Shown here one piece after another: positions 46,956 to 55,150 of a stretch of 64,000 nt of DNA. The stretch is from contig CAZPLO010000003.1 of assembly GCA_964587725.1 (NCBI GenBank), forward strand, positions 1,135 through 65,134. The letters are read 5' to 3'. The notes beneath the pieces are model-generated. The model was given only the letters and a program-made list of their open reading frames with translations. It had not been told where the DNA came from and did not search any database. The translations under genes and the position numbers were made by a program. The stretch's first letter is position 1, and each line of letters begins with the position of its first letter. Source of the DNA: an uncultured archaeon (GTDB lineage: Archaea; Altiarchaeota; Altiarchaeia; IMC4; SCGC-AAA252-I15).

Positions 46956-47901
46956 CGTCTCCTATCTTTTGGTTCCACGCGATTAAATAGCCTGCCAGCG
47001 CCACCGGCGCCAGCGACAGCAGCAACAGCATCGCAGACAACGCTATCATGTGTTCGCGGCCGACGCCCATCAGCCCGAACAGAAACAGTATGGTGGCGTC
47101 CCGCGTCCCCAGTCCCATCACCGACAGCGGCAGCACCTCCGCCACCGATATGATGGGCACGAACATGATGAACATCCACCACTCCACCTCCAACCCTATG
47201 GCCTGTCCGAAGAAGTACGGCCGCGTGAAGATTATAACCCACCCCGTCAGGGTCAACGCCATGACCGTCCACTTCCTGTTACTGTCCCTGAACTCACCTA
47301 CCGTTTCATGGAATGTGCTGAACAGCTCACGGGTGTTCCTCCTGAACCGTTCGGGTATGAGGAAGGCATGCAGCGGCCTCAGGATTGTCATCGACAGCCG
47401 CTGGTTCAACGCCACCGCCAGCGCGCACACGACCGCGGCCGCAGGAACTGCAAGGGCAAGTATGCTGCCTGCTCCGCCAGCCAATGTGAACGCTAAGGCT
47501 GCAGACGCGGCTGCTGCTCCGATGAACAGGAACATGAAGTTTATTATCCTGTCCAGCAGTCCGACGGTGAACGCCTTGGTCAGCGACAATCCGGTGTCGT
47601 CCCTGATTCTCGTGACTTTGACGAAGTCCCCCGCCTTCCCCGGCGTAACAGCCCCGAAGGCGACGCCTATCATGTACGCCCTGAAAGCGTTCCAGTAGCC
47701 GATGGGGGAGTACGTTCCAACCAGGACCATCCAGCTGAGGCTCCTTACTAGGACCTCCAGTGTGACGAACGACAGCCCCATCACCAGATACGCGGGGTCT
47801 GCGTTCAAAATTATTTCCGCCGTCTTGCCCACGTCGACGGTCGACAGTATGCCGATGAACAGCAGCAGCCCGACAGCCGACAGATACCTCATCCACCTCA
47901 T
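46936..47901 (-). CDS. UPF0104 / flippase-like (LPG-synthase TM-domain family) membrane protein
   Basis: 8 TM, 321 aa. Confidence 0.5.
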   Translation of the reverse strand: MRWMRYLSAVGLLLFIGILSTVDVGKTAEIILNADPAYLVMGLSFVTLEVLVRSLSWMVLVGTYSPIGYWNAFRAYMIGVAFGAVTPGKAGDFVKVTRIRDDTGLSLTKAFTVGLLDRIINFMFLFIGAAAASAALAFTLAGGAGSILALAVPAAAVVCALAVALNQRLSMTILRPLHAFLIPERFRRNTRELFSTFHETVGEFRDSNRKWTVMALTLTGWVIIFTRPYFFGQAIGLEVEWWMFIMFVPIISVAEVLPLSVMGLGTRDATILFLFGLMGVGREHMIALSAMLLLLSLAPVALAGYLIAWNQKIGDDEGFAG

Positions 47902-47958
47902 TTGAAATTGTTTATAATTTTTTTATATTATTTTGAATTTTGTTTAAACTGTTTAAAC

Positions 47959-48882
47959 TCATCTCCGCCAGTGTTCGAGGGTGTCCTCCAACGTCTTTTC
48001 AATCCCTATCTCCTGCTTCCACCCCGTATCATTCACGAACTTTCTGTTGTCGCCCATGATTATCGGCTCGTCCGTCGGCCGGAGTAGGTTAGGGTCTTCG
48101 AATGTTTCCACCTTCCCGTCGGCCATGCCGACGAGTCCGTCGAGGAGGTCGCCTATCCTGTACGCCTTCATGCCACAGAGGTTGTATGCTTCACCGTAGT
48201 CTGCGTCGCGGCACATGTACAGCGCCCGTGCCATGTCGCGGACGTCCGTGATATCTCTCTTAGCCTCCAGGTTCCCGTGCCTAACCTTGTCCCTTTTACC
48301 TGCTTCGCATTCCGCCACCCGCTTGGCGAAGTCGGACACCACGTCCTTCACCTTGCCCGGGCCGGTGGTGTTGAATATCCTCGCCCGCACAGTCTTCACT
48401 TCGTTGTTCCTGTAATACTGGTATGCAAGCAGGTCCTGCGCGACCTTGCTGACGCCGTAGGGGTGAAGCGGCTTCAGCAGATGGTCTTCCCTCACCGGCA
48501 CCTCGTCTTCCGACACGAACCCGTATTCCGCCGAAGAACACGCCACCACGATTACAGGGTCCATCCCATGCTTCAATACGCTCTCGAACAAATTAGCAGT
48601 CCCAACAACGTTGGTCTCCAGCGTCAGCTGCGGCTTCTCCCACGACACGGTGGGGTAGCTCTGCGCCGCCAGATGGAATATCAGCTCCGGCATGGATTTG
48701 CCGACGGCGTCGTTGACTTCCTCCATGGAGCGGACGTCGCATTTCACATACCTGTCAGCGTCCAGTCCTTTCGCGTATTTCCCCTCCTGCACGGACGCCC
48801 ACACCTCATGCCCCTCAGCCTTCAGCAGTGTGAGGAGGTGCCGCCCTATGAACCCTTCCGCCCCCGTGACCAATGCATTCAT
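47959..48882 (-). CDS. NAD-dependent sugar-nucleotide epimerase/dehydratase (extended SDR)
   Basis: TGAEGFIGRHL Rossmann motif and catalytic YxxxK. Confidence 0.75.
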   Translation of the reverse strand: MNALVTGAEGFIGRHLLTLLKAEGHEVWASVQEGKYAKGLDADRYVKCDVRSMEEVNDAVGKSMPELIFHLAAQSYPTVSWEKPQLTLETNVVGTANLFESVLKHGMDPVIVVACSSAEYGFVSEDEVPVREDHLLKPLHPYGVSKVAQDLLAYQYYRNNEVKTVRARIFNTTGPGKVKDVVSDFAKRVAECEAGKRDKVRHGNLEAKRDITDVRDMARALYMCRDADYGEAYNLCGMKAYRIGDLLDGLVGMADGKVETFEDPNLLRPTDEPIIMGDNRKFVNDTGWKQEIGIEKTLEDTLEHWRR

Positions 48883-49895
48883 TTGAACAGTTCACCGTGT
48901 TCCACGGTCCACTCCACAATCTCCTTCACGCCCTCTTTCACGCCGACCTTCGGCTTCCACCCCGTCTCCTTTTTGAGGCGGGTGGTGTCGCTTATGTAGA
49001 CTCTCTGGTCCCCCATCCGCCAGTCGTCGTACGACACCTCCGACCGCTTCCCTGTCAAGTCCTCTATGACGTCCAAGAGTTCGGTGAGGGAGATGGTGTT
49101 TTCGGGGCCGCCGCCGAGGTTGTATGCGCGGCCGTCAGTCTTCCTGATTTTCTCGGCCAGGGTCTCGAACGCGGCGTTCTGGTCTGTTACGTAGAGTATG
49201 TCCCGCACCTGCTTCCCGTCGCCGTATATGGTGATGGGTTTCCCTGTTACGGCGGCGATGGTGAACCATGCCACCCACCCCTGGTCTTCGTTCCCGAACT
49301 GGCGTGTCCCGTAGATGCAGCTCATCCGCGCCTTAGCGGTCTTCAGTCCGAAGCTGCTGTTGTATGTGTCGAGTATGAACTCGGATATTATCTTGCTGCC
49401 TCCGTAGGGGCAGTTGCTCTCCAGCGGATACGACTCGTCTATCCCCATTATCTCACTGTAACTGTATCTGCTGTCGCCTTCGTCCACGGGCAGCTCTAGG
49501 TCGCCGTATACCTTGTTTGTCGAGCACAGTACGATGGCTGGGTCGCAGCTTCCCTGCCGCACGGCCTCGCAGAGGTTGAAGGTTCCGTCCGCGTTCGTTT
49601 CGTAGTCTAGGCGCGGATTTTCCAGGGATGTGGTGACAGCCACCTGCGCCGCACAGTGGTACACCGTCTCCACACAGTCCATGATTCCGTCGAAGGTCTT
49701 CGGCTCCGATATGTCCCCTTTCACGAACTTCAGCCCCGGATAGTTGTCGCGGAGGTATCCTATGTTGTATCCGGTCCTCGACAGGTTGTCCACTACCGTC
49801 ACATCGTCTCCATTTTTCACATGGTGTTCCGCCAGGTGCGAGCCTATGAACCCCGCGCCGCCAGTCACAAGAACCTTCACTTCAAACGCCTCCAA
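48879..49895 (-). CDS. NAD-dependent sugar-nucleotide epimerase/dehydratase (extended SDR)
   Basis: VTGGAGFIGSHL. Confidence 0.75.
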   Translation of the reverse strand: MEAFEVKVLVTGGAGFIGSHLAEHHVKNGDDVTVVDNLSRTGYNIGYLRDNYPGLKFVKGDISEPKTFDGIMDCVETVYHCAAQVAVTTSLENPRLDYETNADGTFNLCEAVRQGSCDPAIVLCSTNKVYGDLELPVDEGDSRYSYSEIMGIDESYPLESNCPYGGSKIISEFILDTYNSSFGLKTAKARMSCIYGTRQFGNEDQGWVAWFTIAAVTGKPITIYGDGKQVRDILYVTDQNAAFETLAEKIRKTDGRAYNLGGGPENTISLTELLDVIEDLTGKRSEVSYDDWRMGDQRVYISDTTRLKKETGWKPKVGVKEGVKEIVEWTVEHGELFK

Positions 49896-50589
49896 TCTTC
49901 GCTCTCAACATGATATTGTTTATTATGTTTCTCAGTATCTTATTTAACGTTATCTTCGACGCACCCGCCTTCCGCTGCCGGAACAGTATCGGCACCTCCT
50001 TCACCCTGAACCCTTTCCTCGCAACCCGTAGCAGTGTCTCAGGTCCGTCGTATATGCGCCGGTCTGTTACGTAACCGTCGAGGTCGAGCTGTCTCAGCAC
50101 CTCTGTCTTGAATGCCTTGTAGCCTCCGGTGCAGTCCCTGTACGGCAGACCAAGTACGAGACGGGCGTAGGCGTTGGCGGCGCGGCTTATCAGCTTCCTC
50201 ATCGGACTCCAGCCGGGCGTCCCCCCGCCCTCAACGTACCGTGAACCGACGACCACGTCGCATCCGTGGAGTTCACTGAGAAGCCTTTTTATGTCTGCCG
50301 GGTCGTGGCTGAAGTCCGCGTCCATTTCAACGAGGGCGTCGTATCCTCTTTCGACGGCCCACTTGAACCCTGCGCGGCCTGCCTTTCCCCTCCCTCTCTC
50401 CTTTCTGTGAAGAATATGTACTCTCCCGTCTTTGGCCGCCAGCTCATCAACCACCTTCCCCGTCCCGTCGGGGCTATCATCGTCCACTACGAGGACGTCG
50501 AGGCCAGGGTCCTGCTCCACCAATGCCCCTATAATATCCACTATGTTCTCGCGTTCGTTGTATGTGGGCAGCATCGCGACGGCCTTCAT
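49882..50589 (-). CDS. GT2 glycosyltransferase, dolichyl-phosphate mannose/glucose synthase-like
   Basis: PTYNERENI, DDDSPDGT and EMDADFSHDP (DxD). Confidence 0.75.
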   Translation of the reverse strand: MKAVAMLPTYNERENIVDIIGALVEQDPGLDVLVVDDDSPDGTGKVVDELAAKDGRVHILHRKERGRGKAGRAGFKWAVERGYDALVEMDADFSHDPADIKRLLSELHGCDVVVGSRYVEGGGTPGWSPMRKLISRAANAYARLVLGLPYRDCTGGYKAFKTEVLRQLDLDGYVTDRRIYDGPETLLRVARKGFRVKEVPILFRQRKAGASKITLNKILRNIINNIMLRAKIGGV

Positions 50590-50786
50590 GACATAGGGAT
50601 TTGGTTTCAGAACTTAAATTAAGGAGGAGCATGAGGAGGGGGGTGTGGGCTATGTCCCCCTCCGTTGTGGGTGGTCTAAATTCGGTGTATTTCACCTAGG
50701 ATAGCTTTCTTAAAGCAACTATCCATATGATAATCTCTTTGCTTGCATTTAAGTATTTAGGTTTCCTATGAGAAACTAAAAATAAG

Positions 50787-51101
50787 ATGACTAAGAGAGA
50801 GAAGGAGCTGGACATCATGGGGTTCCTGGCGTCGAAGAAGTGGATACTCCTGGTGCTGACCGAACTCTACTTCCACGGCACCCAGCGGTTCAACGAACTC
50901 CTGGAGAACATGCGTGTGGTGAGCCCGAAGATATTGTCGCGGCGGCTGAAGGAACTGGAGGAGCGCGGCCTCGTGGTCCGCCGGAAGTTCAACGAGATCC
51001 CCCCGCGGGTCGAGTACACCCTGACTTCCAAGGGCATGGAGTTGGTGAAGTCGTTCGAGGGCATCGGGAAGTGGGCTATCAAGTGGGAGCGCGACCTCTA
51101 G
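50787..51101 (+). CDS. HxlR-family winged-helix transcription regulator
   Basis: KKWILLVLTELYFHGTQRFNELLENMRVVSPKILSRRLKELEERGLV. Confidence 0.7.
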   Translation: MTKREKELDIMGFLASKKWILLVLTELYFHGTQRFNELLENMRVVSPKILSRRLKELEERGLVVRRKFNEIPPRVEYTLTSKGMELVKSFEGIGKWAIKWERDL

Positions 51102-51624
51102 ACTCCAGGACCTCCGTGAACTCAGGCGTCCAATCCCTTTCCAGAATGTGTTTTCCGCCGGTCTGGAGCCAATCGACTATCGCTTCCACATCAACCCCTT
51201 CCGTGTTGTCCAACTCCAACACGTTCCCGCACCTTTTAAGGCTCTCATATAATATGACTCCTTCATATTCTGCTTCCAGGTTTTCCATAATCTTCCCGTC
51301 CGCGTAGCCGCGTTCCTTCATCCGTTTCTCCAGCAGGCGGGGGTCACACCGCAGCACCAGGACGTGGGTGGGGTCGAGTAGGTGGCTTAGCAACCCGTCC
51401 AATATGGTATTCGATTCCACTAGCCTCCAAACCTTCTCCTTCAGTCTGCCGGCGTCCACCACTTTGGTGTTCCTCTCTTCGTCGAACCTGTCGCACAGGC
51501 CTTCGCGTTCGACCAACAATGTCAATTCCATGACCTTCCACCCGAGGCGTTCCCCCAGTTTCCGGGCCAGCGTGGTCTTCCCCGTGCAGGGGGTGCCGGT
51601 GACCGCCAATACATTGTACGCCAT
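51079..51624 (-). CDS. P-loop kinase, Fap7/adenylate kinase isoenzyme 6-like
   Basis: VTGTPCTGKTT Walker A. 181 aa. Confidence 0.55.
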   Translation of the reverse strand: MAYNVLAVTGTPCTGKTTLARKLGERLGWKVMELTLLVEREGLCDRFDEERNTKVVDAGRLKEKVWRLVESNTILDGLLSHLLDPTHVLVLRCDPRLLEKRMKERGYADGKIMENLEAEYEGVILYESLKRCGNVLELDNTEGVDVEAIVDWLQTGGKHILERDWTPEFTEVLESRGRAPT

Positions 51625-51677
51625 TTTTTAACCGCTGAAGCGAATACTTTAACAGTATTTGGGGAGGCGACTATATT

Positions 51678-52019
51678 ATGTCCAACTGGAAGCTGCAGGT
51701 GCTGTTTTTGGCTCTGCTGGTGGTGTCGGATGCGGCAGCCGCCGCCACTGAGATGAAAGACATAGCCTGCAATGTCATCAAACCCATCTACGAAACCCTG
51801 AAGACCATCGCCCCCGCCCTGGTCCTGTTGATGTTCACCTACGGCGCCGTCAAGTACGCCCTCGCATCCGACGACCCCGGCGGCCGGAAGCAGGCTAAAA
51901 ACATCATGATACACGCCATCATCGCAGGCCTCATCATCGGCATCATATTATGGTTGATGGATGATGTTCTAGGACTCCTTAGCCAAGACTTGAAGAACTG
52001 TCTAGGCATAACGGCTTGA
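51678..52019 (+). CDS. Paralog 1 of the secreted two-helix hairpin family (SADDPGGRKQ loop)
   Basis: Sec-type signal peptide; mature IACNVIKP..helix1 APALVLLMFTYGAVKYALASDDPGGRKQAKNIMIHAIIAGLIIGIILWLM helix2..KNCLGITA. SD-like GGGAGG lies upstream. Confidence 0.6.
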   Translation: MSNWKLQVLFLALLVVSDAAAAATEMKDIACNVIKPIYETLKTIAPALVLLMFTYGAVKYALASDDPGGRKQAKNIMIHAIIAGLIIGIILWLMDDVLGLLSQDLKNCLGITA

Positions 52020-52083
52020 TGTTGAATCTGTTTGTTGTTTTTTTAACCTGTGAAGTGAATACTGTAACGGAGGCGTTGTTGTT

Positions 52084-52464
52084 ATGGTTAGGCGGTTGCT
52101 GGTTTTGCTGGCTGTTTTCACGCTGCTGGCTGTAGCAGCGTTTCCCGCATCCGCGGCGACAAACAAGTTGAAGGAAAACTTCTGTGAGATAGTGGTGTTG
52201 CTGCATAAGGTCCTGACGTATGTTGGGCCCACGATAGTGCTGCTGATGTTCCTCTACGGCGGCATCAAATACGTTTATTCCGCCGAGGACCCCGGCGGCC
52301 GGAAGCAGGCTAAAAACATCATGATACACGCGCTCATAGCGGGCATACTGCTGGGGCTCGCTGTGGTCATCATCGAGTTCGTGATCCCCACCATAAAAAA
52401 CGACATTGATGCCTGCTACAGGCTAGCTGGTGCGGGGGCCAGGGTCGACATTCAACCCACCTGA
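52084..52464 (+). CDS. Paralog 2 of the hairpin family
   Basis: Signal MVRRLLVLLAVFTLLAVAAFPASA; LLMFLYGGIKYVYSAEDPGGRKQAKNIMIHALIAG. Its 5' region including the signal peptide is identical to paralog 3. Confidence 0.6.
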   Translation: MVRRLLVLLAVFTLLAVAAFPASAATNKLKENFCEIVVLLHKVLTYVGPTIVLLMFLYGGIKYVYSAEDPGGRKQAKNIMIHALIAGILLGLAVVIIEFVIPTIKNDIDACYRLAGAGARVDIQPT

Positions 52465-52529
52465 TTAGACTCCTGGTTGGTTGTTTTTTTAACCTGTGAA
52501 GTGAATACTGTAACGGAGGCGTTGTTGTT

Positions 52530-52862
52530 ATGGTTAGGCGGTTGCTGGTTTTGCTGGCTGTTTTCACGCTGCTGGCTGTAGCAGTGTTTCCAGCATCCGC
52601 TAATATGGAAAAGAGCCTTGACGACACGCTCTGCGACATCCTGAAGGCCATAGGGTATGCGTTGGGAACCGTCGGCCCCATGCTTGTCGCATTGATGTTC
52701 CTCTACGGCGGAGTCAAGTACGTTTCTTCCGCAGACGACCCCGGCGGTCGCAAGCAGGGCAAGACCATATGCATACATGCGGTGATAGGCGGCATAATCA
52801 TAGCATTGGCTCACACGCTGGTGACTATGGTGGTTAATGTTCCATGCGACTTCTACTCCTGA
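52530..52862 (+). CDS. Paralog 3 of the hairpin family
   Basis: Same leader as paralog 2; LMFLYGGVKYVSSADDPGGRKQGKTICIHAVIGG. Confidence 0.6.
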   Translation: MVRRLLVLLAVFTLLAVAVFPASANMEKSLDDTLCDILKAIGYALGTVGPMLVALMFLYGGVKYVSSADDPGGRKQGKTICIHAVIGGIIIALAHTLVTMVVNVPCDFYS

Positions 52863-52918
52863 CCGCGCAAACGGTTTTTTAACGCATAAGCGGAATATAT
52901 AACAGCGAGGGGCTTCAA

Positions 52919-53284
52919 ATGCGTATCAGCGGTTTCAGGGTCTTCCAGCTAACAATAATCGCATTATACCTGCTGTCTTGTTTTTCAACGGCGGTTGACG
53001 AGTTCGCTTTAAGGGATTCCTTCTGTGGCGTAATCAACGAAATAGGCGACGTATTGGAGAAAGTCGCCCCGGTCCTGGTGCTGCTGATGTTCACCTACGG
53101 CGGCGTCAAATACGTGTTCTCCGCGGACGACCCCGGCGGCCGGAAGCAGGGGAAGATGATATGCATATACTCCATTATCGGCGGAATCCTGATAATCCTC
53201 ACATGGGAGATGATAAAGCTAATATTCGGTTCCCTACCCCAAAATTTCCGATGCCCTACAACACCTTGGATGTCGAACCTATAG
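52919..53284 (+). CDS. Paralog 4 of the hairpin family
   Basis: LLMFTYGGVKYVFSADDPGGRKQGKMICIYSIIGG. Confidence 0.6.
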   Translation: MRISGFRVFQLTIIALYLLSCFSTAVDEFALRDSFCGVINEIGDVLEKVAPVLVLLMFTYGGVKYVFSADDPGGRKQGKMICIYSIIGGILIILTWEMIKLIFGSLPQNFRCPTTPWMSNL

Positions 53285-53425
53285 GACTAATATTCTGTTC
53301 CATCCCATATGATCTCTGGTGCCCTAAGGGTTTTTACTGGCCATGATTTCTAGGCAGCCCCAAAGTCCGTCAAAATCTTTTTTTAACCTGTGAAGCGAAT
53401 ATTTAATCACCTCAACGGTGAACCC

Positions 53426-53758
53426 ATGAACAGAGACAACCTACTCCATATTCTCATGCTGGTGGCGGTTCTCGCGGCATCCGTCGACGGAGCATCCGCT
53501 AACCTGCACTCCAAGGTCTGCCCTATTCTGGAGGCGTTCATCGACGTGTTGGAGACCATAGCTCCGGCGTTGGTTCTGCTGGTGTTCACCTACGGCGGCG
53601 TCAAATACATTTCGTCGGCGGACGACCCCGGCGGCCGGAAGCAGGGTAAATCCATACTGATACACGCCATAATCGGCGGCATAATAATAATTATAGCCCG
53701 GTTCGTCGTGGGGATTGTGTTCTCAGGATGGGGCGACCAATGCCCGGGGGTTCTCTAA
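53426..53758 (+). CDS. Paralog 5 of the hairpin family (first gene of a five-gene operon)
   Basis: LLVFTYGGVKYISSADDPGGRKQGKSILIHAIIGG. The track start is 53390; ATG at 53426. Confidence 0.6.
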   Translation: MNRDNLLHILMLVAVLAASVDGASANLHSKVCPILEAFIDVLETIAPALVLLVFTYGGVKYISSADDPGGRKQGKSILIHAIIGGIIIIIARFVVGIVFSGWGDQCPGVL

Positions 53759-53760
53759 CC

Positions 53761-54135
53761 ATGCGGGGTTTATATTCAAACACCAGGGTGGGGTTGAAGG
53801 CGGCGGCGGCCGTCCTTCTTTTACAGTCGGTGTCAGCCACCACGGACATTGCCTTGGCTTTCAAGAATGCGCCGTGCATGATAATCGGCCAGGCATACGG
53901 TGTCGTCAACACGGTCGGCCCCGCCCTGATACTGGTCATGATGTTCTATGCGGTGGCAAAGTACGCGTACAGCGCGGACGACCCCGGCGGCCGGAAGCAG
54001 GCCAAAACCATATTCATCCACGCCATCATCGCGGGTATGTTCTTCGCACTGGTGGCCATAGTCTTCAGGATACTGGAAACCAACATTAGCTGGCTGTTCA
54101 AGGCCGGGAATCTCTGCTCGGGGGTTACTCTATGA
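53761..54135 (+). CDS. Paralog 6 of the hairpin family
   Basis: LVMMFYAVAKYAYSADDPGGRKQAKTIFIHAIIAG. The ATG is 3 nt after the paralog 5 stop. Confidence 0.6.
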   Translation: MRGLYSNTRVGLKAAAAVLLLQSVSATTDIALAFKNAPCMIIGQAYGVVNTVGPALILVMMFYAVAKYAYSADDPGGRKQAKTIFIHAIIAGMFFALVAIVFRILETNISWLFKAGNLCSGVTL

Positions 54136-54482
54136 GGACAAGAAACCTCATGCATGCTCTGACCCTGGTTTCACTGCTTACGTCCGGATCCAGTGTGTCG
54201 GGCGCATCGAACGCCATACACACGGTGCCGTGCAAACTATTGGGTGGCCTGTTCTCGGCGCTCACCACCATCGGCCCGTCCCTGGTGTTGTTGATGATGG
54301 TCTATGGAGCCGCCAAGTACGCGTTCAGCGCGGACGACCCCGGCGGCCGGAAGCAGGGGAAGACCATATTCATCCACGCAATCATCGGGGCCGTCATTAT
54401 GGGGCTCATATACATAATAGTTAAGGCTGTATTGGGTGCCTCATACGGTGACTATTTATGTTCGGGGGTGAAGTTCACGTAA
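54132..54482 (+). CDS. Paralog 7 of the hairpin family
   Basis: LLMMVYGAAKYAFSADDPGGRKQGKTIFIHAIIGA. Start overlaps the previous stop (ATGA). Confidence 0.6.
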   Translation: MRTRNLMHALTLVSLLTSGSSVSGASNAIHTVPCKLLGGLFSALTTIGPSLVLLMMVYGAAKYAFSADDPGGRKQGKTIFIHAIIGAVIMGLIYIIVKAVLGASYGDYLCSGVKFT

Positions 54483-54483
54483 A

Positions 54484-54831
54484 ATGTCGCTCGCACACAA
54501 GATTAAGTGGGTGGCGCCAACCGTCCTAATGTTCCTGTTGGTGTTAAGCCTGTTGGCGCCCACGGTGTCTGCATCCTACCTGGGCCCAATAACAACATTC
54601 TTAAAATCTTTAATCAACTCTATTCGCATAATAGGGAACTCAATCGCAGTCGTAATGTTCATCTACGGGGCGGCCAGGTACGTCTACGCATCCGATGACC
54701 CCGGCGGCCGGAAGCAGGCCATAAGCATATGCATAGCCTCGGTTGTGGCGTTGATAATCATCTTTATAGCGGAGTCTGTTATCGGCGCTATCTGTGCGTC
54801 GATGGGGCCTGACTGTAATCCTGTTAGCTAA
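54484..54831 (+). CDS. Paralog 8 of the hairpin family
   Basis: VVMFIYGAARYVYASDDPGGRKQAISICIASVVA. Confidence 0.6.
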   Translation: MSLAHKIKWVAPTVLMFLLVLSLLAPTVSASYLGPITTFLKSLINSIRIIGNSIAVVMFIYGAARYVYASDDPGGRKQAISICIASVVALIIIFIAESVIGAICASMGPDCNPVS

Positions 54832-54832
54832 A

Positions 54833-55150
54833 ATGAGGTATAAAATAGCGTATGCGGCGGCTTTGCTGGCTTTAATCTCAGCCGGCGTTCAGGCCACAAC
54901 CGTCGACGCAGCCGGCATAATAGCGAATGTCATATGCGACCTGGTGCCTGAGGTCATAAACCTGGCTTACGTTCTAGCGTTGCTGATGTTCATCTACGCG
55001 GGCGCCAAGTACGCGTTCAGCGCGGACGACCCCGGCGGCCGGAAGAAGGCGAAGTCGATTGCGGTCCAGGCGATTGTGGGTTTCCTGATAGTCGGCGTGT
55101 CGAAGGCCCTGGTGGAGGCCATAGCCGGTGCAGGCAACGTCTGCCCCTAA
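54833..55150 (+). CDS. Paralog 9 of the hairpin family
   Basis: LLMFIYAGAKYAFSADDPGGRKKAKSIAVQAIVGF. ATG at 54833 (track 54794). The stop overlaps the aglB stop convergently. Confidence 0.6.
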   Translation: MRYKIAYAAALLALISAGVQATTVDAAGIIANVICDLVPEVINLAYVLALLMFIYAGAKYAFSADDPGGRKKAKSIAVQAIVGFLIVGVSKALVEAIAGAGNVCP

